Origin: Bryobacterales bacterium
Lineage (GTDB): Bacteria; Acidobacteriota; Terriglobia; Bryobacterales; Bryobacteraceae
Reading direction: 5' to 3'
Assembly: GCA_963743705.1 (NCBI GenBank)
Contig: CAVUQS010000013.1
Span: 5,415-69,414, forward strand
Length of the DNA stretch: 64,000 nucleotides
The translations under genes were made by a program, and so were the position numbers. Below the pieces are notes generated by a model that was given only the letters and a program-made list of their open reading frames with translations, made no database searches and was not told the origin of the DNA. This document shows, in pieces, positions 55,604 to 64,000 of the stretch. The first letter of the stretch is position 1; every line of letters starts with the position of its first letter.

Positions 55604-56592
55604 GCGAGGGTTTCTCCGTCTAATTCGACGTGTCGAAATTCTTGCCGGCGTCCGTCGGTCGCGCACGTGCTGTCGGGGTTGAATCGCGTCATGTTCTGGA
55701 AGATGGCAAGCGTGTCAGGCCCCAAATCCTTCTGATAGACTACCCCGTCGTTACTCACGATGAACGTTTTCACGCCCGTCACCCGGTATTGCGCGGGCGC
55801 GGCGGCTAGCGCAAATCCGCCGATCATCACGCCTTTGATGACATAATCCATCTGGCCCATCGGCGCGGCCGGACCTTGGCCCTTCAGGACCTTGAAGTAA
55901 TAGCCGTGGTACGGCGGTTGGCTTGACGTATAGCCCTCCTCGATAGCTTTGGCAATGGTTTCTCCAACCGGGCCGCCCCAGGTGCCGTCGGCGTTCTTCC
56001 AAGCCAGGCCATCCTGCGCTCCGGGAGTGCTGATGATGCGTTGGGCGTATTGGTACACACCGTCATGCCTTTGGGTCGCGTATTCGTTCTGCGCGTCCAC
56101 GAAGCCGCGGCTGACTGCAATCGCGTCCAGCTCATTCTGGCCGATGCGCCGGAACAGGATCTGCTGCCGCCCGGCCACAGAGTCGAAATACCACAAGCCA
56201 TTCCGCTTCACCAGCGGGATCGGCAGCGGCCAGTTATCGTCGCCAACTACCAGCTCCGCACGCGCCGGGTTCTTGGAATTAATCTGCACGGTCTGCTTTT
56301 GGCGCGCCAGCTCCGCGAAGTCCTCCGCGCGGTTCTTGTCGCGCACGGGGTCTTCGGATTCGATCAGGTCCTTGCTATGAGGCCCCAGGATTCGGGTAAG
56401 TGCGGGCACGTCATAAGTTCCCGCCGCCGCGACCAACGCCTGCGCCGCTTGCTGCGGAGTCGCAAAGCCCTTCTGCGCCGGCGCGTTCGATTGCTGCGCA
56501 TTCGATTCGAGCGCCGCTGCCACGCAGAGCGCCGTCAACGAGACCGCCCAGAGCGTCTTGCGAAGAGGGGAATTTAGTGTTTTTGTTGCCAT
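55558..56592 (-). CDS. DUF2950 family exported protein
   Basis: The ATG at 56592 is preceded by aaggaga. It has a signal and the segments FATPQQAAQALVAA, DNWPLPIPLVKRNGLWYFD, NELDAI, YHGYYFKVL and GGFALAAAPAQY. The last ~35 codons overlap the convergent DUF481 gene. Confidence 0.75.
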   Translation of the reverse strand: MATKTLNSPLRKTLWAVSLTALCVAAALESNAQQSNAPAQKGFATPQQAAQALVAAAGTYDVPALTRILGPHSKDLIESEDPVRDKNRAEDFAELARQKQTVQINSKNPARAELVVGDDNWPLPIPLVKRNGLWYFDSVAGRQQILFRRIGQNELDAIAVSRGFVDAQNEYATQRHDGVYQYAQRIISTPGAQDGLAWKNADGTWGGPVGETIAKAIEEGYTSSQPPYHGYYFKVLKGQGPAAPMGQMDYVIKGVMIGGFALAAAPAQYRVTGVKTFIVSNDGVVYQKDLGPDTLAIFQNMTRFNPDSTCATDGRRQEFRHVELDGETLAHLYPKVHCTPELYP

Positions 56593-56627
56593 ACGATTTC
56601 TCCTTGATTCCACCTGGACTTCTGCGC

Positions 56628-58007
56628 TCATCTGCGCCGACCGCCGCCACCGCGGGCGCCGCCGCCTCGGGCACCGCCACCGCGAGAGCCACCGCCTCCG
56701 AAGCTCGAAGAGCCGCGCGAGCCGGACGATCGCGCCGCGCCGCCTCCCCGATTGGCGCCGGCAAACGCGCCGCCATTCCTCGAACCGCCGCCTCCGCCTA
56801 TCTGCCGATTGCCGATGCTGTCCCCGCCGCCCGCGCGATTCGCTCCGCCGAAGTTCCCGCCGCTACGGTTTGCCCCGCCAATGTTACCGCCGGCGCCGCC
56901 GCGGTTGCCGCCGCCAAGGTTACCGCTGCGATTGGCTGCGCCGACGCCTCCGCCGCCGGCCCCGCCGCGGTTACCCAATCCACCTTGTCCACCGCCTCGC
57001 TGGCCTAAATTCTGTTGCCGTTGACCGATGTTCTGGCGCGCGGTCTGTTGCCTTTTGCTCAAGGAGTCTCCGCGAGCATTGCCGCCGAACCGGTCGGCGG
57101 TCGCCCGATCTCCATACGGCGCGCCACCGCGATGCGACGGATTGTGCGACCATCGACCGCCGCCTCCGTTGACCCGGTTGCCGCCGCCCAGATTCCCTCG
57201 ATTGCCATTGCCGATATTGGTGTTCCGATTGAAGTTATTATTGATATTGATATTGTTATTGCCGCCCCAGCCGCAGTTGTAACCCCAACCGCCGCCGCCC
57301 CAGAATGCTCCCATGGCGACGCCAACTCCAAAAGAGAGGGCCATACCCGCCGCGTAATAACCGGCCGGCGGATAATACATCGGCGGATAAGGATAGTAAG
57401 GCGCCGCTCCCCAAACGACTGTTGGATTGTAACTAGGGACATAAATCACTTCGGGGTTTGCCTGTTCAATGACAACGATGTTCTTGGAATCTACGCTTTT
57501 GTTGTCGACCTTGATGTAGTCGTTTGATTTCAGTTGCCCTTTGCCTTCCGCGGTCTTGCGCATGCGTTGCACGGCGTCCATCACGTCAGATTGCTGCGCC
57601 AGCACCGCATCACCCAATTCCGTGGTCCACTTGATGTTGTCCCCCATCTGCTTCACCAAGTCAGGGAGGGCCGCTATGCCCTGAACGCTGGGGTCCCACG
57701 GCTCCTTTTTCACCGCCTCTGCCAGCGCCTGGTCTTTCAAATTAGAGTTTTTTGCCAGCCATTGCTGCAGTTGAATGATTTCCAAAGGATACGTAGAGGC
57801 CGCCAGCACCTGGGCTAGCAGAGGGTCCGGATACAACGCAATTGGCGCCACCAGGCTATCCAATTGATCCGGCGGCAACGTCTTCGCGTTTTGCGGCGCG
57901 CTTGTTTGTTGTTGCGCAATGAGCGGCGATATATCCCCTGGCATCAGCAGAAACGTGCACAGGACCGATGTCGCTTGAATCAGTTTCTTGTGGGCGTTCA
58001 ACCGCAT
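56628..58007 (-). CDS. DUF3300 family exported protein with a ~225-aa Gly/Asn/Arg-rich C-terminal tail
   Basis: The ATG at 58007 is preceded by ggaggg. The DUF3300 core is QLDSLVAPIALYPDPLLAQVLAASTYPLEIIQLQQWL...PWDPSVQ. The tail is made of GGxNR/GGANR-type repeats ending GGGARGGGARGGGGRRR. Its stop overlaps the DUF2950 region by 4 nt relative to the ORF-track start. Confidence 0.8.
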   Translation of the reverse strand: MRLNAHKKLIQATSVLCTFLLMPGDISPLIAQQQTSAPQNAKTLPPDQLDSLVAPIALYPDPLLAQVLAASTYPLEIIQLQQWLAKNSNLKDQALAEAVKKEPWDPSVQGIAALPDLVKQMGDNIKWTTELGDAVLAQQSDVMDAVQRMRKTAEGKGQLKSNDYIKVDNKSVDSKNIVVIEQANPEVIYVPSYNPTVVWGAAPYYPYPPMYYPPAGYYAAGMALSFGVGVAMGAFWGGGGWGYNCGWGGNNNININNNFNRNTNIGNGNRGNLGGGNRVNGGGGRWSHNPSHRGGAPYGDRATADRFGGNARGDSLSKRQQTARQNIGQRQQNLGQRGGGQGGLGNRGGAGGGGVGAANRSGNLGGGNRGGAGGNIGGANRSGGNFGGANRAGGGDSIGNRQIGGGGGSRNGGAFAGANRGGGAARSSGSRGSSSFGGGGSRGGGARGGGARGGGGRRR

Positions 58008-58267
58008 TTCACCCTCCTGCTCATCGCGTCCCGCCGTTCGTCCGACGGTCACGGCAAGTCGTGCACTCATGATTAGTGATTGCACGTGGCGGGCGCAGAC
58101 TCGCTTAGGGGTGAATGAAACACAAGCCGAAAAGGTAATTTGATACAACTTCAGCAGATCTTGGCCTGTAAGTTGTCCGCAATGTGGAGCATGAGCCGGT
58201 ACTGGTTGGAGGGGCGAGCTATGCCCGGATGTAAGGCTCGCGCGGGGTAACAGGACGCGAGATTGAT

Positions 58268-59353
58268 CTAGCGTGTCGGCTTGACGTGCTGCGCTTCCCA
58301 GGCGCGAACGTTGCGCCTCGCCTGGTCGAAGAGCCGCTCGTAATTTGTCAGGCGAACCTTCCTGCTCGCCTCCGGATCAAGCAACTTCCACAAAGGGCCG
58401 TATTGCTCATAGACTTGGAGGTACGCGGATTGATCGGCCGGGGCGACGGTGTCCGTGCCGAAGAGGAAGCGATCCGGGTAACGCGTAATCAGGTCTGCCG
58501 CGATCTTCGTTGTGGCGGGAGTGGCGACGATATACTTGGCCACTTCGTCCCAAGAAATGTCGAAATACACGTGGCTGAACGCCGGATCTTTGAGGATATC
58601 CGCGAGCGTGGCAGCGTGATCATGGACCGGACGAACCACCCGGCCCATGCCGGTATGAGCCCAAATGATGGTGGTCTTGGGATGCCGTTTGAGTAAGTCT
58701 CGCATTTGGCCCAAATAGGCGGGCGGCGTGCCCGGTTTCGCAAACGGCGTATCCATATCGTTGTGGATTATCACCACGAGCCCCACTTCGCCGGCGAAAT
58801 CGAGGAGTTTATCGAGAGCGGGGTCGGTGAGGCTCGCAACCTCGCCGGCGATTTTTGGAGATACGAATTCCTTGTGAATGCTGAACTCACCGATTCCCGA
58901 GAAGACCCCTGGGAAGGTCTGCAATACGCGCCGGATGTGGTCGGCGGCGTACATGTCGGTGGGGTTGAACCCCGTAATCATGGGGTCGAAGCGCTTCTGC
59001 TCGTCGGCCGAAAGGGACTTGTACGCCATCGCGATCCATGCGTCGGTGAAAGAGTAATAGTAGAGCGGGGCATCAGAGGACAGGTAATAGGTGGGCGCGC
59101 GCTTCCCATCCACGCGGTACGACCATTGCTGCTGCAGGGGAATGCCGAATAACGCGACTCTTCCTACTTTCGTTCCCATGATCTTCAGGAAGGCATGAAT
59201 GTCCGTACCTTCCTGGATGTAGTTCGTCAAGTGAAAATGGGAGTCATTTACTTCGTATGAATTCGATTGCGGATTAGCGGGCACCGCTCCGAACGCTACG
59301 GCCAATAGAAGACTGAATCCTGCGCGCTTCCAACGACTGCTCATGCTATCCAC
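58268..59353 (-). CDS. Amidohydrolase-2 (TIM-barrel metal-dependent hydrolase) family protein, exported
   Basis: It has a signal and the motifs NDSHFHLTNY, VVIIHNDMD, IIWAHTGMG and FLFGTD. Confidence 0.7.
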   Translation of the reverse strand: MDSMSSRWKRAGFSLLLAVAFGAVPANPQSNSYEVNDSHFHLTNYIQEGTDIHAFLKIMGTKVGRVALFGIPLQQQWSYRVDGKRAPTYYLSSDAPLYYYSFTDAWIAMAYKSLSADEQKRFDPMITGFNPTDMYAADHIRRVLQTFPGVFSGIGEFSIHKEFVSPKIAGEVASLTDPALDKLLDFAGEVGLVVIIHNDMDTPFAKPGTPPAYLGQMRDLLKRHPKTTIIWAHTGMGRVVRPVHDHAATLADILKDPAFSHVYFDISWDEVAKYIVATPATTKIAADLITRYPDRFLFGTDTVAPADQSAYLQVYEQYGPLWKLLDPEASRKVRLTNYERLFDQARRNVRAWEAQHVKPTR

Positions 59354-59363
59354 TCCCTCACGT

Positions 59364-60827
59364 TCAAAAGCTGACCACCAGGTTGAGGTTGACTGCCGGC
59401 CCGTTGCCTCCCACAGCGTAAGGAAGGCTCAAGGCGCCGACGGGCGACCGGTGAAGTTGAATGTACTCGGCGTTGGCGCGGACGCTCTGGGTTCTCCAGG
59501 GATACCAGTTGACGCCAAGACGGGCATCCCAAGGGTTGCCGTATTTCCCCAGGACTAACGAGCCGGAGGCGTAGAGCTGAACGCTTTTCGGCCGAGCCAT
59601 CATCGATGCCTGGAGTTGGAAGCCATCGTCAATGATTTTGGGTAATCCTGGCGTTCCTGGGCCTTTGAAGTGGTTGAGCCATCTGTAGTAGTATTCGCCT
59701 TCCAGAGCAAATCCGTGATATTTGACGCCGGCGTCCACGTCAGCCAGGTTGTAGAGAACATTCTTGATGATCACGCCGGGTCCGAACAAGCCGGGCATAA
59801 AGATGACGGTTCCATCCGAAAGCCGGATCTGAACATTGTCGAAATTGTCGGAGGCCGGCTGACTCTGCGACGTTTCGTCGCTCCGTGTGAAATGGCCTCC
59901 CAAGCGCGTGGCCACCTTCTGATGGTCCTCGAAATCGCCGAATGCGCCATGTTTTCCGTACTCCCCCGTGGTTGGCATCCATACAAGTTCGCCGGACAAG
60001 GTGTTCAAGCCGTTGTCGAGTTGTCCAGCATCTATGCCAAGCTGACTCAGGTTGTTGCCGAGCATGACGTTGTAGTCGAGACCGTGGACGATATTGCCTT
60101 TAGCGAAAATGCCCGTGGTATAAGAAGGCCGGAAAAATTCGTCGGCGATCAGCCGCTCATCGATGCCCAACAAATAAGGCCATACACCCTCGGTACTACG
60201 GACGCCGGGCAGCGAATTGACGCCCGCGCCCAAGGTGAAGTGGTCGTTAAATGTGTAAGTTAGGTTGCCGGCGGCGACTACCTGCGTCAGTTGCCCCTGG
60301 CTGACATTGGTAGACCAAACATAAGTCAGATAGCGAAATTTCGGGCTCAAGAACCAGCCGAGAAAATAAACGAGCAATTTGTTGACTTGTAAATCCTGCC
60401 GCTGCTGTACAGCGCTGGTTTGCCCGAATGCGTTGGTGTAGGTCCCGTCGAGCCCCTTTTCGTTCAGATACCGGACATAGGTGTATACCTTGACGTCCAG
60501 TTCGCCCTCTTCGGTATCCACTACCTTGAACCCGACATCCGGCGTATACGTTCCGAAGTGTTTTGACGCGGGGCGGCCCACGGAGAACTCACCGCTGCAC
60601 CCGTCGGACACCCAGATATCCGCGTCGTCATAACCCCAGGTCTTGCCCAATAGGCACGCGCCAGCGCCGTTAGACTTTACCAGCGTCGCGCCCTGCGATG
60701 CGTCGGCGGCGCAGGTCTGGCGCTCACCGGCCTTAGAGGCGCAAGCCACTACCGAGCCGGCGGCTTGCGACCTGGCGGCGCTTTGCCCAAGAAAAATGAG
60801 GGCTGCTGCGACGGCGATGCGGCCCAT
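59364..60827 (-). CDS. Outer-membrane porin with an N-terminal DUF3011-like Cys-rich domain (paralog of 47991..49628)
   Basis: The DUF3011-like domain is VACASKAGERQTCAAD...GACLLGKTWGYDDADIWVSDGCSGEF. The barrel carries SPKFRYLTYVWST, ADEFFRPSYTTGIFAKG and a C-terminal ...NLVVSF. Confidence 0.75.
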   Translation of the reverse strand: MGRIAVAAALIFLGQSAARSQAAGSVVACASKAGERQTCAADASQGATLVKSNGAGACLLGKTWGYDDADIWVSDGCSGEFSVGRPASKHFGTYTPDVGFKVVDTEEGELDVKVYTYVRYLNEKGLDGTYTNAFGQTSAVQQRQDLQVNKLLVYFLGWFLSPKFRYLTYVWSTNVSQGQLTQVVAAGNLTYTFNDHFTLGAGVNSLPGVRSTEGVWPYLLGIDERLIADEFFRPSYTTGIFAKGNIVHGLDYNVMLGNNLSQLGIDAGQLDNGLNTLSGELVWMPTTGEYGKHGAFGDFEDHQKVATRLGGHFTRSDETSQSQPASDNFDNVQIRLSDGTVIFMPGLFGPGVIIKNVLYNLADVDAGVKYHGFALEGEYYYRWLNHFKGPGTPGLPKIIDDGFQLQASMMARPKSVQLYASGSLVLGKYGNPWDARLGVNWYPWRTQSVRANAEYIQLHRSPVGALSLPYAVGGNGPAVNLNLVVSF

Positions 60828-61057
60828 TATTTCAATCCGACCAGAAGGACGTGGCGTTTCCTGACAGTGACCATTTGGGTTCCTCGTAACAAATCAGCCG
60901 AGATCGCTTTTAGACTTTAATCAACCGATTCCGAGCGGCTGGGGGCGGATTTAAAAAGCCTGATTGCCTTGTGTGATTCGGCGCGCAAACAGCCTGAGGT
61001 CAGGGAAACGATTCTTATCTGAAAGATAACGAGGCTGTTTCGGGGGTCGAGTTGCGG

Positions 61058-62362
61058 CTAAACCACGATCAAAGGGGCTGACTCGGCGTCCAACGACCTT
61101 ACGCTCTCGATTGCGTGGTTTATGGCACTTGGGCTGAGTCGCGATGCGGTCAAGCTTCTGAACTTAGCTTCTAATTCCAGAGTGGAGACGGGGTTTTCGG
61201 GATTGCCGCGAGGGTAGTCAGCGGTTGCGCGGAAGACTTCGCCATTCTCGGAGGTGATGGTCAGGCGAGATGGCCATGCTTGCGGATATTTGGCGGTGAG
61301 GTCATCGGCTACGGTGACTTGGACGCGGGTCAGGAGATCGCGGATTGCAGGGTCGGCGAGGCGTTGAGGAGCGAATTGGGAGAGGGTGACGCGGCCATCG
61401 AGGAACGCGGCGGCGACGCAGTAGGCGAGGCTGAATTTGGCTTGGAAGGGGGTTGTGGGATTGGGGTCTTTGACGATTTCGTAGCCGGGGGCGTAGGTTT
61501 CGACGAGGAGGGATTGCGGGCGAAAGCCCGCTGCAGGCTGAAGCCTGCCCCACTGTAACGCGAGGTCGATGGCGGTGTGGGTGTGGGCACAGCAGGGGTG
61601 GAGTTTGTAGCAGTTTTCGAGGATTTTCCAGTGTGCGCCTAAGCGATCGGTGATGCGGGTGGAGTCGTGAGTGGCGGACATGGCTTGGAAAAAGCCGCGA
61701 TCGCCTTCGAGGATGCGGGTGGCGCCGGTGAATCCGGCTTTGGCTAAATCGGCGGCGAGGATGCCATTCATGGCGGCTTTGCCGGGGTGGAGGTGCTTGC
61801 TCATGGCGCCATCGGCGTTGAATTCCCAGAGTCCGGCGGCCTGCGTGCCCGCGCTGCCGAGGGCGTGCAGCATCTGCTCGGGGGCCAGATGGAGCAAGGA
61901 GCCCGCGGCGGCGGCGGCTCCGAAGGTGGCTGCTGTGCCGGTGGGATGCCAGTATCGGTAGTGGCTGGGATTGACGGCTTCGCCGATACGGAACGCGGCT
62001 TCATAGCCGAGCACGACGGCTAAGAGGAACGCGCGGCCATCGGCCTGTTCACGCTCGGCCACGGAGAGCGCTGCGGAAATGATGGGCGCGGCGGCGTGGA
62101 CAGTGGAAGTTTTGTGAATGTCGTCGAGTTCGAGGATGTGGGAGGAGACTCCACGTAGGAAAGCGCGGGTGACGGCGGAATCGCCCATGGCGGCAACGGC
62201 CTCGCGGGCCATTCTGGCGGGCGGCTCGTGGGATCCGGCAATAACAGAGCCAAGCCAATCGAGCGTGGCGCGTTTGGCTTCGGCGATTACGGATGGGGGT
62301 AAATCGGAGTAAGTCGCGGCGGCCAGGAAGTTACCCAGCCGCCGCGTGAGGCCTTCGATCAC
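61058..62362 (-). CDS. MmgE/PrpD family protein (2-methylcitrate dehydratase-like)
   Basis: It starts at a GTG directly abutting the upstream gene's stop. Family motifs are LDWLGSVIAG, ELDDIH, HPTGTAATFGAAAAAG, HLHPGKAAMNG and CYKLHPCCAHTH. Confidence 0.85.
   Translation of the reverse strand: MIEGLTRRLGNFLAAATYSDLPPSVIAEAKRATLDWLGSVIAGSHEPPARMAREAVAAMGDSAVTRAFLRGVSSHILELDDIHKTSTVHAAAPIISAALSVAEREQADGRAFLLAVVLGYEAAFRIGEAVNPSHYRYWHPTGTAATFGAAAAAGSLLHLAPEQMLHALGSAGTQAAGLWEFNADGAMSKHLHPGKAAMNGILAADLAKAGFTGATRILEGDRGFFQAMSATHDSTRITDRLGAHWKILENCYKLHPCCAHTHTAIDLALQWGRLQPAAGFRPQSLLVETYAPGYEIVKDPNPTTPFQAKFSLAYCVAAAFLDGRVTLSQFAPQRLADPAIRDLLTRVQVTVADDLTAKYPQAWPSRLTITSENGEVFRATADYPRGNPENPVSTLELEAKFRSLTASRLSPSAINHAIESVRSLDAESAPLIVV
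61521..61556. repeat. REP-like hairpin element (gcaggc-tgaa-gcctgc) embedded in-frame in the PrpD-family CDS
   Basis: cgaaagcccgctgcaggctgaagcctgccccactgt. It is translated on the minus strand as ...QWGRLQPAAGFRPQS... and is a paralog of the intergenic copy at 12003-12040. Confidence 0.65.
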
Positions 62363-64000
62363 TTATTGTTTATCGTTGTGCTCGTTATTATTCGGGGTCG
62401 CGTTGTTGCGCAGGTTGGGCGGCGGCGGATCTTTGACCCACTTGTCGAACCAGCGCAGCTTTTCCCAGTTGACATGCTCGATGGTTTCCTTGGCGCGATA
62501 GCCGTGAGCTTCGCTGGGCAGGAAGACCAAACGAACGGTTCCGCCGTTGCCGCGCACCGCTTCATACATGCGCTGCGACTGAATGGGGAAGGTGCCGGTG
62601 TTGTCGTCGGCTTCGCCATGGATCAACAGCAGCGGGGCCTTGATCTTGTTGGCAAACATGAACGGCGACATCTTGATGTAGAGGTCGGGGTCGTCCCAAA
62701 TCGTGCGGCGCTCGTTCTGGAAGCCGAACGGGGTCAGGGTGCGATTGGGCGCGCCGCTCTCGGCGATTCCGGCCTTGAAGTAATCGGAATGCGCGAGCAG
62801 GTTGTCGGTCATGTAAGCGCCGTAACTGTGGCCACCTACGCCGACGCGGTCGCGGTCCGTATAGCCCATGTCGACGGCCTTGTCGATAGCGGCTTTGGCG
62901 TCCATCAACAACTGATCCAGGAAATGGTCGTTGACCGTAGCGCGCGGGCCAACGATCGGCATGGACGCATTATCGAGCACCGCGTAGCCATCGAGGGCGA
63001 AGAAGATTTCGGAGTAGCCGCCGATTTCGGTGAACCGCATGCGCGAGCCATTGGTCGAAGTTTCGCTGGCGGCGTCGGCGGTTTCATATTCATAGGGATA
63101 GGCCCACATGATCGTCGGCAGGCGCTTGCCGCTGCCCATGACGTAATCGGGCGGGAGATAAAGCGTGAACGACATCTCCACGCCGTCGGGGCGCTTGTAA
63201 GTCACCAACTCCTTGTGAACCTTGCGCATGATGGGCTGAGGATCGGGGAAGTTAGTCATGGCCGTCGACTGGCCTGACGCGGTGTGGACATAGTAATTCG
63301 GCGGCTCGGTGGGACTTTCGCGGCGGGTGAGGAACTTATCGCCGTGCGCATCGAGCAGAGCGTCGACGACTTCGTAGTGTTCGTCGTCGCATTTGAAGAT
63401 GGGCTTGGTTTCCTTGGTGGTCAGGTTATAGCTGGTCACGAACGGATGATCGCCGGTGAGCGAAGAGCCAGCGCCCTGCAGGAAGACGTTGTCGCCATCG
63501 AGGATCACGACGCGCTGGCCGCTGGGCAGCGTCTTTTCCATGGGGCTGCCGGGATTGTTATAGCGCGAAGGGCCGCTGGTCCAGAGCGGCTTCGGCGCTT
63601 CCGTGGGATTGGAGAAATCGATGAGGTACGCGGTCTGCGCGCGTCCCGCGCCACGGCCAGCGCCGCCCCCACCACCCCCGCGTCCTCCGCCACCGCCCCC
63701 GCCGACGATGGCGGTGTGCAGGTTCTCGGTAAAGGTGAAGCCTTCCAGGCGACGATCGGCCTCCAGGATTACCGACGCGTCACCGCTGAACGGCGGCTTG
63801 ATGCCCATGATTTTTTCGTGAACCGGCTGATCTTCGTTTCCGTTGCCGCCGCCGTTGCGTCCGCCGCCACGGCCTCCACGTCCGCCGCGACCGCCTCCGG
63901 GGGGGCCGTCAAACCACATCAGGGTCGAAGGCTGGATGGGGAACCACGCCAAACCACGCGGACCAGCAGTAACCGGATTGTCTTCATCCGCGGCAGCAGC
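62363..64000 (-). CDS. S9 family serine peptidase (prolyl oligopeptidase/acylaminoacyl-peptidase-like), N-terminus outside the window
   Basis: The catalytic triad context is GVGGHSYGAYMT (Ser), LLLIHGEADDN (Asp) and SEAHGY (His). The minus-strand frame stays open to nt 64000. Two Gly/Arg-rich inserts lie in the propeller part. Confidence 0.85.
   Translation of the reverse strand, partial: AAAADEDNPVTAGPRGLAWFPIQPSTLMWFDGPPGGGRGGRGGRGGGRNGGGNGNEDQPVHEKIMGIKPPFSGDASVILEADRRLEGFTFTENLHTAIVGGGGGGGRGGGGGGAGRGAGRAQTAYLIDFSNPTEAPKPLWTSGPSRYNNPGSPMEKTLPSGQRVVILDGDNVFLQGAGSSLTGDHPFVTSYNLTTKETKPIFKCDDEHYEVVDALLDAHGDKFLTRRESPTEPPNYYVHTASGQSTAMTNFPDPQPIMRKVHKELVTYKRPDGVEMSFTLYLPPDYVMGSGKRLPTIMWAYPYEYETADAASETSTNGSRMRFTEIGGYSEIFFALDGYAVLDNASMPIVGPRATVNDHFLDQLLMDAKAAIDKAVDMGYTDRDRVGVGGHSYGAYMTDNLLAHSDYFKAGIAESGAPNRTLTPFGFQNERRTIWDDPDLYIKMSPFMFANKIKAPLLLIHGEADDNTGTFPIQSQRMYEAVRGNGGTVRLVFLPSEAHGYRAKETIEHVNWEKLRWFDKWVKDPPPPNLRNNATPNNNEHNDKQ

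Overview
This is a high-GC (roughly 60%) bacterial chromosomal window. Its gene content suggests an acidobacterial-type soil organism: a CarboxypepD_reg-type TonB receptor, CRTAC1/ASPIC-UnbV proteins, an ADOP/FtsX remnant and many exported proteins. That is inference only. (1) nt 1-10.3 kb hold an Rhs polymorphic-toxin array. It consists of the 3' end of an rhs gene plus three downstream orphan core-CT cassettes, one of them decayed. Each cassette has a different C-terminal toxin domain: one unknown, two related HExxH domains, and one glucosaminidase-like domain. Each is followed by a small signal-peptide ORF that is a candidate immunity gene. (2) nt 10.3-15.5 kb are a decay zone. It contains an Rhs micro-remnant, a phage terminase large-subunit gene that is split by a tandem repeat plus hairpin element and also frameshifted, a lipoprotein pseudogene and an FtsX C-terminal remnant. 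About 390 bp of the terminase 3' end, together with the same repeat family, recurs about 26 kb downstream at 38.6-39.2 kb. (3) nt 15.5-22.8 kb encode a GT39-like membrane protein, M81 and M28 peptidases, a CBM9-like protein and an integrase remnant. (4) nt 23.2-36.0 kb look like a glycan-uptake locus: a 1237-aa TonB-dependent receptor, a wHTH-TM-2x malectin regulator, a beta-helix protein and two tandem CRTAC1 + TPR gene pairs. (5) nt 36.1-38.4 kb are a general-stress cluster (BON, YtxH, YflT-like, two small ORFs). (6) nt 39.2-44.5 kb are a tightly coupled five-gene operon: an unknown 186-aa protein, a cysteine-less SthA-like flavoprotein, an unknown 334-aa protein, an OM channel and a DyP peroxidase. 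(7) nt 44.7-64.0 kb carry envelope and metabolism genes. These are DUF502, an exported beta-carbonic anhydrase, a PLC-like protein, a porin / exported glutaminase / porin set, an orphan HisKA_3 kinase, DUF481, a DUF3300-DUF2950 pair, an amidohydrolase, a DUF3011-porin, a PrpD-family gene carrying an in-frame hairpin-repeat insertion, and an S9 peptidase with Gly/Arg-rich inserts. I found no rRNA, tRNA or CRISPR. All functional calls come from motif recognition by eye; no database search was run.
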